This document shows positions 1 to 12,721 of a stretch of 64,000 nucleotides of DNA, one piece after another. The DNA comes from Auanema rhodensis (lineage: Eukaryota > Animalia > Nematoda): NCBI GenBank assembly GCA_964057225.1, contig OZ059899.1, positions 7,626,001 through 7,690,000 on the forward strand, given 5' to 3'. The notes beneath the pieces are model-generated. The model worked only from the letters and a program-made list of their open reading frames with translations, was not told where the DNA came from and made no database searches. Both the position numbers and the translations under genes were made by a program. Every line of letters starts with the position of its first letter. The stretch's first letter is position 1.

Positions 1-60
1 GAATCAAAAATCAAAATAAATTTTTGTATCTAATTTATAGTTAGTTCTAATAATTTTTAC

Positions 61-3000
61 CTAAATGTTCTTGTTTACGTTCCTGAACTTTCATTATAAC
101 TTCAGTATCATATATTCTTCGAGATACTTCCCGTACAACACCTGAATTTCTATTATTATTAGGTTAAAAATTATTTAAGCCATATGATATACGATGCAAA
201 TAATTTGTAGTATTAACATATTTTGATAAATATGTTTTTAAAGTTATCAACGTGCTTAATAGATCAGTTCATGTTTTAACATCGTATGTGTTTTAAACTG
301 GTAATGCTGGACAGAAACTTTTTTTTAATTTTCCAGATGCATTTTTAAAAAATCAGTGAATTGATACAACATCTTTCCTTCAATCCTCGCGCGTATTTCT
401 GAGTTTTATTCGAACATTTTGGCGCCTAGGTTCTCTATCCCGCATTTTCTAGCATTTCTTTGTTCTTTCCATTTGAATAAGAACACGAAAAATAGACAAA
501 AACGAATTTTCAGAATACGTTTCCCGCTCAGATTGACCTCTCTCCAGCTATGTTCATGTAAGTTTCACGGTTTATATAGAAGCATTCTCATTCCATTGTT
601 CACGTTTGCTTAACTGAGATTTTTGAAATTATTTATGCTTTAGAACTTATCATCTTATTTTAATCACATTTTGTTTCTTTAATAATTTAAAAGTATTACC
701 TTTAACTATAGGATATAATCCACTTCTTTTAGAATAATAATGTAAAAGTAATGTTCCATCTATCTGTACTTCACAACGAAAAGATGGACCTCTTAGTTTA
801 GTTTGATATACAACATGATCAATGAAGTAGTGAAGAGCATCCAACGAATCCAAAAAACCCTAAATATACCTTTGTGATAATCAAATATTTCTATTAATAG
901 TTCTCTCTCTCTTTCTTTCTCTCTCACGTTCTCTGTTTATGAACATTGTACCTCTAATGTTGCCTCCTTCGTTCCCTTAGTCTGTCTAGCCTATAGCCTC
1001 CCCACTCAATCGATCGATGCTGATCTGCACTACACACATTCCAATACAACTATTATTTCTTTGATTTTAATGAAAACTTAAGCGTTTTGAAGCTTTGTTG
1101 TATCGGAAAAAGGGAAAATTTCACATATAGGTTTCTCATCATGCTGATCATCCACATCATGTAGATTTGACGTAGATAACTATGATCACGTTAACAAGTA
1201 ACGTGATCGTAGCTCTTAACTACACTCCCAATTTGGAAGACTGATAGTAAATACCTTTATCAGGTCCCTACTATCTTCTTTTGGGATAATTTCGATAATT
1301 TGTGGGCTTTACACATGATCTCAGCTACGTTCCTAAACGGCTGGAGAAAATGGTTAAAGCCATCCGATCAGTCAATCGACCGAACCAGGCTGTGTCAATG
1401 CGCCGTATCTCATATGCGTGCACGACAAAGTCTCGCTCGTCTACCAATCTGATAACAACCGTTTCGGTCGCAATTGACCGTTGTATTGCGATATATTCAC
1501 TATGTTTTGGCTTTAATATAATTCTAGTTAGTTCTCATAACCTATACATGCTGATAACATGTGGTATATGCACGAGAATGACTGTTTTTCTGCGTCAATG
1601 TGATCAAATATGGCAGGCTATTTACATGATTAACTGTATTATTACCATTCGTTTACTGAGCAACTTAACAATATAGTTTGATGATTATCATTATTATGTA
1701 AATTTTGAAACAGATGAAGCTGAGTACTTAAAAAGCATCAAGTAACCCGTAAAACATACGGCGCACAGCTTTTCGCGCGCTTCATCTCAGCTGGCTCACC
1801 GAAAGTTTCTATTAAGACGTTTTAAATGTATTTCATGAAGATTGGATAGTATATTTGATAATATTTATGAAAAGATTATATCGTTTCTTATAATCTAGTA
1901 CGTTGCCTTCAAATCGTATCAAATGCACATTCAGTTCTAAGCTTTTATGATTCACTTATACGCCTTTCGTAAGACGCATTACTATCAAACAAAAACCAAA
2001 AAAAATGAGAATCTTAAACATTGATTTCGAGTTTTGTTTGTAAATCAAAATAAAATTATTTTACCTCTAAATCACCAGCCATTGCTCTTAAAAGCTCATC
2101 CCATCCTGTTTCCATAGTAAATTGTATAAGAAAGCCACCATAAGCTTCCCATACTTCTTCAACTGGTATACCTAAAACTGTTAATTGTTTGTTGACAACT
2201 TTTTTAATTTTTAAAATTTAAAATTCTTTAAGTTTTAAAGAACTCAGAATGTTTCTGAAATGAGGGGATGCTCATTTTAAGATTCAAAATAATATATTAT
2301 ATTGAGCTTTTAAAAGCAAAGCTTTACTTAGCTTCTTCTTTGTTTTTTTGATTGTTTTACAAATCATCAAATCAATCAAAGCACTTTGAACATTTCCAAG
2401 TACTTTTCTTACAAAAGACTTGAACTTCTTTCTTTTTCTTTTAATTTTTAAATTGATTTTTCAATTGTATTAATTAGATATTACATGCCTATAGTATTAG
2501 CTACCGCATTCACCAATCGGAACGTCTCATCGTCGGTGTAATAATGTCCAATCTCATTTTCAGTTCCCTCTTGAAACTTTGCAATTTCCCTGAAATATTT
2601 GCAAAAAAAAATGAAACTATATCATCAACACTTAGAACAGTTTTGTTTTTAATTATTGTATTGATTTAGTAAAAACATGTAGTTTCAAAGCTTACAACCT
2701 TGAGCTACCATATATCATGTCATTGTCAGTCACTTGTCCTCAAATTGTTAGATATTTTCCTGCCAAACGGATATATGTATACGTTTTAAAGTGCAAGAAA
2801 TACAATCTGAAGCTGTGAAAGCTTCCTCAGCTTTAAAATCATTGTTTGTTTTCTCTCGTCAACAACCAAAAACATAATGATAGAAACATTTAGTTAGTTT
2901 AAGTAAAGTTTACACAATGAGGTAAAGCTTTAAGTTTTTCATCTTTATAAATCTTTTGATTAATTTAAATTTTATAAATATAGAATTGAAATTATATAAA

Positions 3001-3815
3001 TAAAATATTATTAACTATTACTATAGTTTGTTATCTATTAGGCAATGTATCGGGTTGATATCTATTAAAAGTAATAAGTCGATCGATGTTATCGACAGGT
3101 TTCTATTTAAGGTCAGGTCAAGATTTTTTGCTTCCGTTGTAACCTAGAGCAGTCATATGAGAATTTCAAGGGTTCTTGTATAACATCCGAAATAAGGTGC
3201 TAACTTCTTTATAAGATATATCATATAGTATAATATGCTATTAGGCAGATTAATACAATTGCTATTTGACACTGAGTACTCTCCCCTTTCCCGCTTTTCT
3301 CTCCTGCTCTCTTAGCCTCTTCATATCATTTCTACTTTTTTGATCTTTTGTCTTTAGAGACATAACAGATATAAACCTTATTCATCATTTAATATTGAAA
3401 CTTACGCTATTTTGCTCCAAATATCTTTTCCATATTTACGATTAATCAATTGTCGAAAACTTTCGTGGATCCAACCAAACTGAAAAACGATAGTCGTCTG
3501 AATTGATAATCGTCCGATGATTTTAATATTTCTCTTTCTCTTTTTCTCTTCCTTTATCTTTCTTTCACTCGCTCTTTCTCTCTCTATATCTCTCTCTCTT
3601 TAATCGTCTTCTTTTCTTTATATCAATTCTTTCTCTTTTCAATTAAATATCTAAGGCATTTTCAACTACGGAAGAATAGGCGTAAAATCTACTATCACCA
3701 ACTTGATTTCCAAAATTTTATTTTTTCACTATCAATATCTCTCTATTCTCTTACTTTTGATAGTATTTCTGTTCTCCTTAGTCTTTAAATTTGATTCTTT
3801 TTCATTCCTTCCTTC

Positions 3816-3886
<71 letters not shown>

Positions 3887-4083
3887 TCTCTTTCTCTTTC
3901 TCTTTCTCTCTCTCTCTCTCTCTCTCATATTATGTTTATCACCCACTGTCTTCTCGAAATTTGATTAAACAGTTCAGGGACGACGTATTCAGCTTCTTAG
4001 CTGTTGTTACATATAACATTATAATACATATAAAATATAAATAATATGAATTAAGTTACAAAATAAATAGTTAAACATACCAT
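61..4083 (-). CDS. gcy-35: Soluble (H-NOX) guanylate cyclase, GCY-35 orthologue; 5' part only, gene continues beyond the left edge
   Basis: Exons 4081-4083 (ATG), 3406-3479, 2489-2589, 2065-2171, 700-859 and 61-141 splice in frame to [175 protein letters not shown]. This closely matches the C. elegans GCY-35 N-terminus as I recall it. The heme-ligand His (LHYF) and the YxSxR motif are present. Confidence 0.93.
3819..3926. repeat. Compound (CT)n/(TTTCTC)n microsatellite in gcy-35 intron 1
   Basis: Directly visible tandem repeat. Confidence 0.95.
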
Positions 4084-4188
4084 ATTTTAAACTTATTAAG
4101 GTATATGATACTAAACACCTCAGTAGCCACTCTTAGGATTAGATTGAAATATCTTAGTTTAGGATGGTTGTGATGACAACTATATGAA

Positions 4189-4195
4189 CACGCGA
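4189..4195 (-). promoter_or_regulatory. Candidate AHR/ARNT (XRE) element upstream of gcy-35
   Basis: TCGCGTG on the minus strand matches TNGCGTG, ~105 nt upstream of the ATG in otherwise CpG-poor DNA. Confidence 0.4.
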
Positions 4196-4901
4196 TGCTT
4201 TCAATTTTAGAAGAATTTTTGATGAATTTACCTGAATAATTAAAGGAAATATAAGACCATTTATGGATATTTTCATTCATTATATCCATTAATTTACTTT
4301 TATAACCTTACATTATCGAAGTTTCTTCTCAGGAAAAGAAATTCCCTTTTATTATATTCTCAGAAGAAAAGATAAAGAAATAGGTTGGAAAAGAAGAAAA
4401 ACCTTACAATGGATTTGTAAGATAAAATAAATTATGTAATGATATAGTATATATTAAACTTAATGTTCCAGAAAACATATCAAAGAAAAAATTAACTAAT
4501 AAGTTTAAATTCTACTGGTAAATGTAAAAATATCTATTCAAATTCATATATAATAATATATTGTAAAAATTTGTTTGAAATATTACAAATATGAGAGAAA
4601 ATGATAAAAGGAAGGTATTACATGTTTTCTGTTTAATTAGAAGTTTTTTTAAAAAATATAAAAAAATACTTTTAATGAAGGAGGTAACCAAAAGAATTCA
4701 TTTTTAAATACAAATAAACAAGATTCAGATAAGAAGGGATAAATGTCTGTTTGGGGAAAAGCATATTATATTCTGACCTATAATCTAAAAATATTATTTA
4801 AATAACAATTAAAATATAATTTGTTTTGTTGAATTTGTAAAAAACAATATAAAATATTTACAAAAAATTGTTTCAGAATAATGATGGTAATGATACAAAT
4901 T

Positions 4902-7900
4902 TTAATCCAATTTTGATTCTTCATCATCTTCAGTTAAAAGCCAATGAGTACTTATAGCTCCTTGTCCCTAAATATAATTATATAATAAATAATATTAAAT
5001 ATATATAACTATATATATAGTGATATATATATATATATATATATATATAGAGTAAATATTATAAGACAACCTTTATAATAACTTCTCCACGTGGTTCTGT
5101 CTTATAACCTCCAATAACATTAGTTAAATAATGCATTGTTTCAGTAGATATATGAACTCTTCCAGCTAAAATATATAATCAATATAATCAATATAATATA
5201 ATATTATAATATTTTTGAAATTAAGTTCTATTAATATAGTAATCCTCACGTTTTCCATTGGATTCCATACGACTTGCTGTATTAACTGCATCTCCAAATA
5301 AGCAATATCGTGGCATTGTAATTCCAACAACTCCGGTAACTACAGAGCCTTAAACAGAAATATATATGTGTTCATCAAAATTAATATTGATACTCAATAT
5401 TATAATTAATTATTTAAAATAAACTAACCAGTATGTATTCCAACTCTAATGTTAATTCGTTCTTTTGGTAAATGTGGAATACGAAAGCTTTTGATTGCTC
5501 GAAGTAATGATAAGGACATTTCCGCTATTTCCTACAAACATACATACACATTACATATAGAAAGAAAAAAGAAAAGTTATTATACTTTAGCATGCTGATT
5601 GCCATTTCGATGTGGTAAACCTGATACACATAGATATCCATCACCAATAGTTTCAACCTTAAAAAAAAGAAAAAAATATATATTTATAATATTATATTGA
5701 GAAATATACCTTATAAACATCATAATCATCAATAATAGCATCAAATGTTGTATATAAATCATTTAACAAATTCACAACCTATAATAATAAAAATAATTTT
5801 ATATTATATTTAAATTAAAAATAAAAATTTACTTAATGTTATTCTTAAAATTTTTCATTAATAATTAATTTTAATTTTAAAATATATAATCAGTTATACC
5901 TGTAAAGGTGTACATCGACTAGCAAGAGTTGTGAAGGATACTACATCAGAAAAGAATAATGTCACGCAATCAAAACTTTCTGGTTCAACAGCTTGACCAA
6001 GTTTCAACTTATCCGCAACTTGTCTATAATGTGTAATAAATATATTATTATTTTATATAAAATATTATTACTTTGGTAGCATTCTATAGAGTAATATGTC
6101 ACTTTTTTTCTTTTCTTCTGTCAGCTCTTTCATACGAAATTGAACTTCTTCTTCCAAGTTTGAAGCGTATTGCTCTAATACATTAAATGCATGATCCATT
6201 AAATTAGAAGATCGATTTCTATTTAATCCTCTGATTAACGTACGAATCTTAAAATTTTATAATTTATTAACTATTTTATATATTATTTACTTGATCTGAT
6301 GATGGACGTTGTTTAGGTTCTTCACTCCAACAATCTCTAACTAATAATGTAAGTGATGATGTATTTTCATCATCTGATTCTAATGATGGTCGGATAGGAT
6401 CTCGTCCTCCTTTTTTGATTTGATATAATAAATCTATATAATAGTTATATTAATTATATATGTTTTTAATATATTAACCATCTAAATCAACATCCTGATT
6501 TTCTAAATCCCAGGCACTTTTCTTTGTAATTACTTCAGAGCATATTATAGCAAAGCTAGGAAGAAATGATGTATATTATTATTATTATAATTATTTTAAA
6601 ACTATATATGATAAATTACCTGTAAATATCTGATTCATTAGTAGGTGGCAATGTACGATCTCTTATATTTTCTGGTGCTGTCCAAAGAAAATCTAAAAAA
6701 AAGAAAATATTAATAAATTATTAATTTATATAAACCTTCTGGTCTTTTTGTTTCTTCTTCTTTTATGGGATGAAGACCATAGAAAGATACTTTAACTTTC
6801 CATCTATCATCAACAAGACAACACGTTGATGAAAGCCATCCATGTGGACCTAATGGTGTATTATGCATGAAATGCATAGCCTTAAATTATTATTTTTTAT
6901 AAAATTTATTTAAATAAAGTAAATAAAACCTACTTCAGAAACATCTCTGATTAAAGAATATTTAAAAAACCAGTCCATTTGTACAGCTCCTTTAGCAATA
7001 ACATCACGAAGTGAACCACGACTACAAAACTTCCAAATGGATAATATCTGTGGTCCATCTAATGATAATCCAATAAATTGGCAAAAATTATCATGATCCA
7101 ACTGTCTCATCTAAAAAAGCAATGAAAAGTATGAACAATTTTTTTTTTCATGTCTAACACGACGTAGTTCTGCCCAAGCTGGTCGTGATACAGCCAATCT
7201 TGAACAGTTGTGTTTTCTAGCAGCAACAGAATCTCCATCCAACAAGAAGAAAGCATGATTACTAGTTTCCTAATAATTAATAATTTAATTATATTAATTA
7301 TATGTATATGTATAACCTTTTTTGAATCAATTGTAAGTTTTGTGCTTGTTGTAATAGTACTTTGAAGAGATCTGGAACTTTGTACTGCGTGATTCTAAAA
7401 AAGAAATAAAATTGTTTGTGAATAATGAAGAAGAAAACATACACGAGCAGCTGGTGTTATCAAAGATATGAAAGGAACTTGCCATAATAAGTTTAATCTA
7501 TCTTCTTCTTTTCTTCTGACTCTAAACAATTTGTTTTTACATATTTAAATATATTTGTTTCTGAATTAACCTCATTAAATATATAATTAATAGAATAACT
7601 AATATTATAATTAATACACCAGCACCAATACTTCCAAGTATAGGACCCATATATTCTTCAAATACAGGTAGTGGACAGTTTTCTCTGTTTATTATATATA
7701 ACATTTCAATATAATATTTATAAATTAAAACCTTAAATATCCACAGGCTGGTACATTCGTTGGCTTATTCCCACCAAAAGCACTGTATAAGAGATTATCA
7801 GGCATAGTAAATTCAACCTAAACATAGTTAATATATTAATTTTGATTAATATTTTCTTTTATATGAACCTGAACTTTCATTTCAGTTGATATATCTCCAT

Positions 7901-9698
7901 CAAATATTGATCCGACCTCTATTTGATTGTTTGATGAATCAATTGCCCAAATTTTATAAATAATAATCTTTGAAAGATTAACATTCAATTGAACTTCTCC
8001 AGTGAATCCTAATTATTATAATAAAAATTATAAATTTTATAAATTTTACCTTCAACATTTAGTCCTGGAGCTCTTGCGATTAATTCTCTACCACTTGGAG
8101 GAACTCCATCTGTTAAAGTTTTGTTATAAAGATATGCTGCAACGTATACCGCATCAGCTAATTCACCAGCACATGATGAAAACTAAAAATAAATTTTACA
8201 AAATTATTATTATTAATTTTACCTGAGATTCTCCACATGTAGGACAATTTAGTTTATCTTTGAAAAGACGTTTCAAATCAGATTCAAACTTTGATGTGTC
8301 ATTATATGGTTGAGCATCAATCTATTTTAACAGAATTATATAAATAATCTTTTAAATAACTAACTAAAAAAGTTTTTTTAACTGTTTTCAATGCAATATC
8401 ATCTTTTCCATCGGGGGGATCACGTTTATCAATGTAAAATTCAGCTCAAACAAATTCATTATATGAAATATCATAAGAACTTACCATATCCTGATCGACG
8501 ATGTTCTAAATAAACCCAAACATATTCATTTGTATCCATTTTCTCTTCAGCTATTGCTAATAAAAAATTTCGACGAGCGACGTCATCTTCAAAGCATATA
8601 ACTCCAACTTGAAATTAATTATAATTACATTAATAAATATAAAAAAGAAGATGAGACTCACTTCTTGATACTTCTACCATTTGCTTCAAAGAAGATCGAA
8701 TAGTACTAATTTCAGCTGAATAAAAGCGTCTTTTGTATACTACAGATACTTCCTTGTATGATTCTCTGATTATAGCCTAAATTAAGTACAAATAATATTA
8801 ATTTTGAAATATAATTCATTTTCTTTCTTTTTTTATTATTTTTTTTAATAAATAAAAGTAAAAACAAAGAGATTATTTACCTCAAAATCTTCTGCAACAG
8901 GTATACATCGAGGTACTGTACTTCCTCTGGTAGCATATATAAACAATGAAACATCATACCATTCCAAACGTGATAAATAATCAGCAACATACAATGCTAT
9001 GCTCAAAATATAATTATTTTTAAAAATATTATAAGATAAATTATACGTATAAGTACTAGCAGTTGTAGCAGCTACATTAGGATAAATATCATTTCGAAGT
9101 AGATCTCTATCAAAAGGAGGACCCCATAGTATTAATGGCATATTTATAGCTTCACCAACACTTCCAGCTATTAATGCAGCTGAAAGTTATAAAATAAATT
9201 ATTTTTTTATTTTTTATTTGAGAAATTTAAATGAGAACATACAAGGAGAACAAGCTGGACCCATCACGAAGTCAAATCCTTTATCTTTTGCGTCAACCAT
9301 TAAGCCAGCATCCAAAGGAATATCACAATTTGTTTTAAAAAATTCTGGTCTAGAATACGTAAAAGTTTAAAATTTAAATTTAAAAGCTATTAGAAATATA
9401 CTGAAATGTAAATCCAGGTAAAAGTTGTTCTTGTTCTACTCTTTCCCAACTAACAAATGGTGCTGCTCCAACTACTCTATATCCAACATACTAAAAGATA
9501 TTATAATATAATTAAAAATAAATATTATATGAATATACTGGATCTAAATCAGATGCATTTTCGCTGACCATAACTGCTATTTTGAATGTCTTAAAAAAAC
9601 AATTATTTTATAACATTGTTTAAATTTACCTTAGCATCCAATTGACATTGACATGGCAAAATTAAATAATAAACGATAAAAAATACAATAATTGTCAT
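4902..9698 (-). CDS. Receptor-type (transmembrane) guanylate cyclase, multi-exon
   Basis: Signal peptide [23 protein letters not shown] (ATG 9698); ANF-receptor-like ectodomain ([15 protein letters not shown]); TM segment at ~7570-7650; kinase-homology domain ([45 protein letters not shown]); cyclase domain ([41 protein letters not shown]). Ends ...[15 protein letters not shown] with the stop at 4902-4904. Confidence 0.93.
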
Positions 9699-10129
9699 GT
9701 TTATAACATATAGTTATAGTTATAATATATATATATATATATATATATTTGAAAATGATGGAATTGCAACTAAAATTTTGATAATCTTTTCATCTCATAC
9801 GGTAAGCTGTTTTGAATTCCTACATGTTTTAAAGTATTAAGAAGACCCTGAGGAGATTGAATTTTTATCAATTTTCCACACATTTCGATAATCCGTCAAG
9901 GAAAGAACATATTAAATAAAAAAAATTCAAACTTTCTTTATAATATATAAAGGAACACAAATTTCGAAATATTTCTTTGAGACATTTTTCAATACTTTTC
10001 ATTTTGTTTTTCTCATCTGCTAAGGCTTTAGCCTATAATTCTATCAACATGTTATGTTGAATTGAAATTTTTTAATTAATAATTGAATTAAAAACATTTT
10101 ATTATATTTTCTGAAAGAAAATGTAAGAA

Positions 10130-11341
10130 CTATTTCCAAGCATTTGATAATTGTTTGAAATGTGTTTCCGTGTTGAACGTATTAACAGCAGAGTTATCTT
10201 CTAAGTTAGCAGATCGACGGCAAAAATAGATTTGAGTTAAGCTTCCTTTGACCACTGGATCATAAAATGAGAAAATTGAGAAAAAGATAGCCACCGGACA
10301 TCTAAAATCAAAATAAGTTTATTTAAATTTCTTTAAAAAAATTTATATATTTAGAACTTGCATTGCTATAAGAAGTTCTCGTTGTAAACTAATACTCATA
10401 GTTTCTACATATGTACAATCGTCATCAAATGGTGTAAAAAGACTAATTAATGTGAAACCCAATGAATTAGCTATAAGTATTGGACATAATCCCTTAAAAT
10501 ATATTTTTTTGTTCAATAATACTATAGATCGTTATGATATATAACCTTTATAACACGTATATTCTCTATTACTTGAAAACGACAGCTGATAGAATATGAT
10601 ATACCTCTTGAAATCTTTTTTTGATGATAACGATTGGCTATAAAAATTGAAGGAACAACCTTAAAATAATATATAAATATAAATATAATTAATAAAGTTT
10701 ATACTGTAATTTGTATAAATGTAATTGCTGTAGGCATATATGCTATGATAAATCGAAATTTACTTGGAACTATACATATAGCAGTAAAAAGTACAGAAAC
10801 TGATATAGTAAAAGCAGAAGTTAATAACGGAATATATAAACGTCTTTTTCTTTCATAGTCATTTATAAAGAAAGTTGCAAAACATCTTTCAATAACTATT
10901 AATGGTATAACCATTAATGAACATGCAATAAAGAATATTCTTAATGTTGATGCAATGATAATGATATTACAAAATTTGATTGAATCTAAAATAATCTCTT
11001 TTTTCCTTTTTTTTTTGTTAAAAAAATGAAAAATATCTAAACATACTTGGTAATGTTATATAATGTCTTTCATATGCTATTAATATTATTCTTGTGAATA
11101 TAATAGGAAAATAACAACTGACACATCCCCATAATACAACACAAAGATTTAAATGAAAATTAAAATATCGTATCATTGATTGACGACGAAAAAATATTGC
11201 AATTACAGTTAAAATTCCAATAAAATGAAATAATATTTCAGTTATATGATAATAATCAATTGTTGAATTTAATTCATTTCTTGTATCTGTATTGAAAAGA
11301 CAAATTGGTGTTCCAGATGATAATAGTATTTGATAAAACAT
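10130..11341 (-). CDS. Serpentine chemoreceptor, Sre class (Sra superfamily), ~5 exons
   Basis: Hydrophobic 7TM pattern with FHLNL, ERCFATFFINDYERKRR and RFQVIENIRV motifs, and the C-terminal HFKQLSNAWK* typical of Sre receptors. ATG 11339-11341, stop 10130-10132. Confidence 0.85.
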
Positions 11342-12665
11342 TTTTGTGAATATTGTAACTGCTGCAAAGGTTAATTCCAAATAAATATAAATGATAATTG
11401 ATTTAAAAAAAAATAAAAAAATAAAAAAAATAATTCTAGAGTTGATCAAGCGATTTATTAAAATACTAATTTTAATAATCTTAAATATATGAGATTATCT
11501 ACCAATTAGCAGCAGTTGGTTCAGTTCAAACTCAAACATCGAATCGGTGTTTGATCAAACGTTAGTAAAATGAGTTCAATGTGAATATTTAACATATTCT
11601 AAGAAAATAAGAAGAAATATTAATGATAATATAAATAAAATAATATACATTAAATATACAAGATGCTTATATTTGTTTTTTTTCATCCGTTTATATTAAA
11701 ATTGAAATAGTTTTTTTCCAAAATATAAACAAGAATACAATTGAATTAGCAAAAAAAATGTCGTTCCAACTCTCATCAAGAATCATTTTTGTATCAAAAA
11801 AATGAAAGGAACAACTTAGTAACATTATAAAGTATTATATTATATATGTTTATATATAGAATGAAATAATATATAGATGTTCAATGAATTTTTCATTAAT
11901 TATATCTAATTATATGGGGGGGAGGAGAAAGAATTAATGAATATGAATGAAACTTTATGCTGAAGACCTCATTAAAACAGTACAAAAAAAACAAAAAGGA
12001 AACCAAAAAAATTATAAAAAATTATATAATTAATTACATATATACATATATTTATTTATTTATTTATTAAATAATATTAAGAAAAATTTAAAATCTTCTT
12101 TTTTATATAATTTCGATTAAAAATTATCACAAATTCTATTAAATATTAAAATTTGGAAGTGAAGCATATCATGAATACGTTCAAGTTTTTCAACGAAAAT
12201 AAAAAAATCGCAACTATATATCATTAAATGTTTTTTTCTTCTTATTTTTTTTTGGCAATTTTTATAGATATATAATCTAAATTAACTATTGCATTTACAT
12301 ATGAAAAAGGAACAAAATTTATTTATAATAAGCATATATACATACAAATACGTGAAATATATTATAAGAGGTTTTTAAAAAAAAAAACGAATTAGATCAG
12401 AAAAATTATCAATTTTAGAAAATGTTTAAAAGTTGAGAATATTCGGAAAATGCCGGTTTTAAGGTAACGCTTGTTCTTGAAATTTCTAATGATATTCTGG
12501 ATAGGGACCAGTAACCTTCTCATTTCCACAGCTTATATATTAATATTTTGAAAACAAAAAATATATACATCATATTGTATTTAATCAATATATTATATAA
12601 ATATAATTTATTTTGACAAGACAATAAAATACCCGTATATTCAACAATCAACATATATAAATACA

Positions 12666-12667
<2 letters not shown>

Positions 12668-12718
<51 letters not shown>
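12668..12718. repeat. (TA)n microsatellite
   Basis: Directly visible. Confidence 0.95.

Positions 12719-12721
<3 letters not shown>

Noticed and set aside
1455-1484. Hairpin followed by GAAAC on the minus strand, like hammerhead stem II
   Set aside because: The CUGANGA half of the catalytic core is missing.
1744-1765. AACCCGTA, the miR-100/miR-51 family seed
   Set aside because: It is not on one arm of a long pre-miRNA duplex; it folds into a local 5-bp hairpin instead.
3703-4044. 113-aa ORF with SLSLSL repeats (likewise 53861-54172, 33389-33697, 57057-57245)
   Set aside because: These frames are kept open by CT or TA microsatellites and show no protein-like content.
9889-9894. TAATCC (OTX/TTX-1 site) upstream of the receptor guanylate cyclase
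   Set aside because: A single AT-rich hexamer is expected by chance in this genome.
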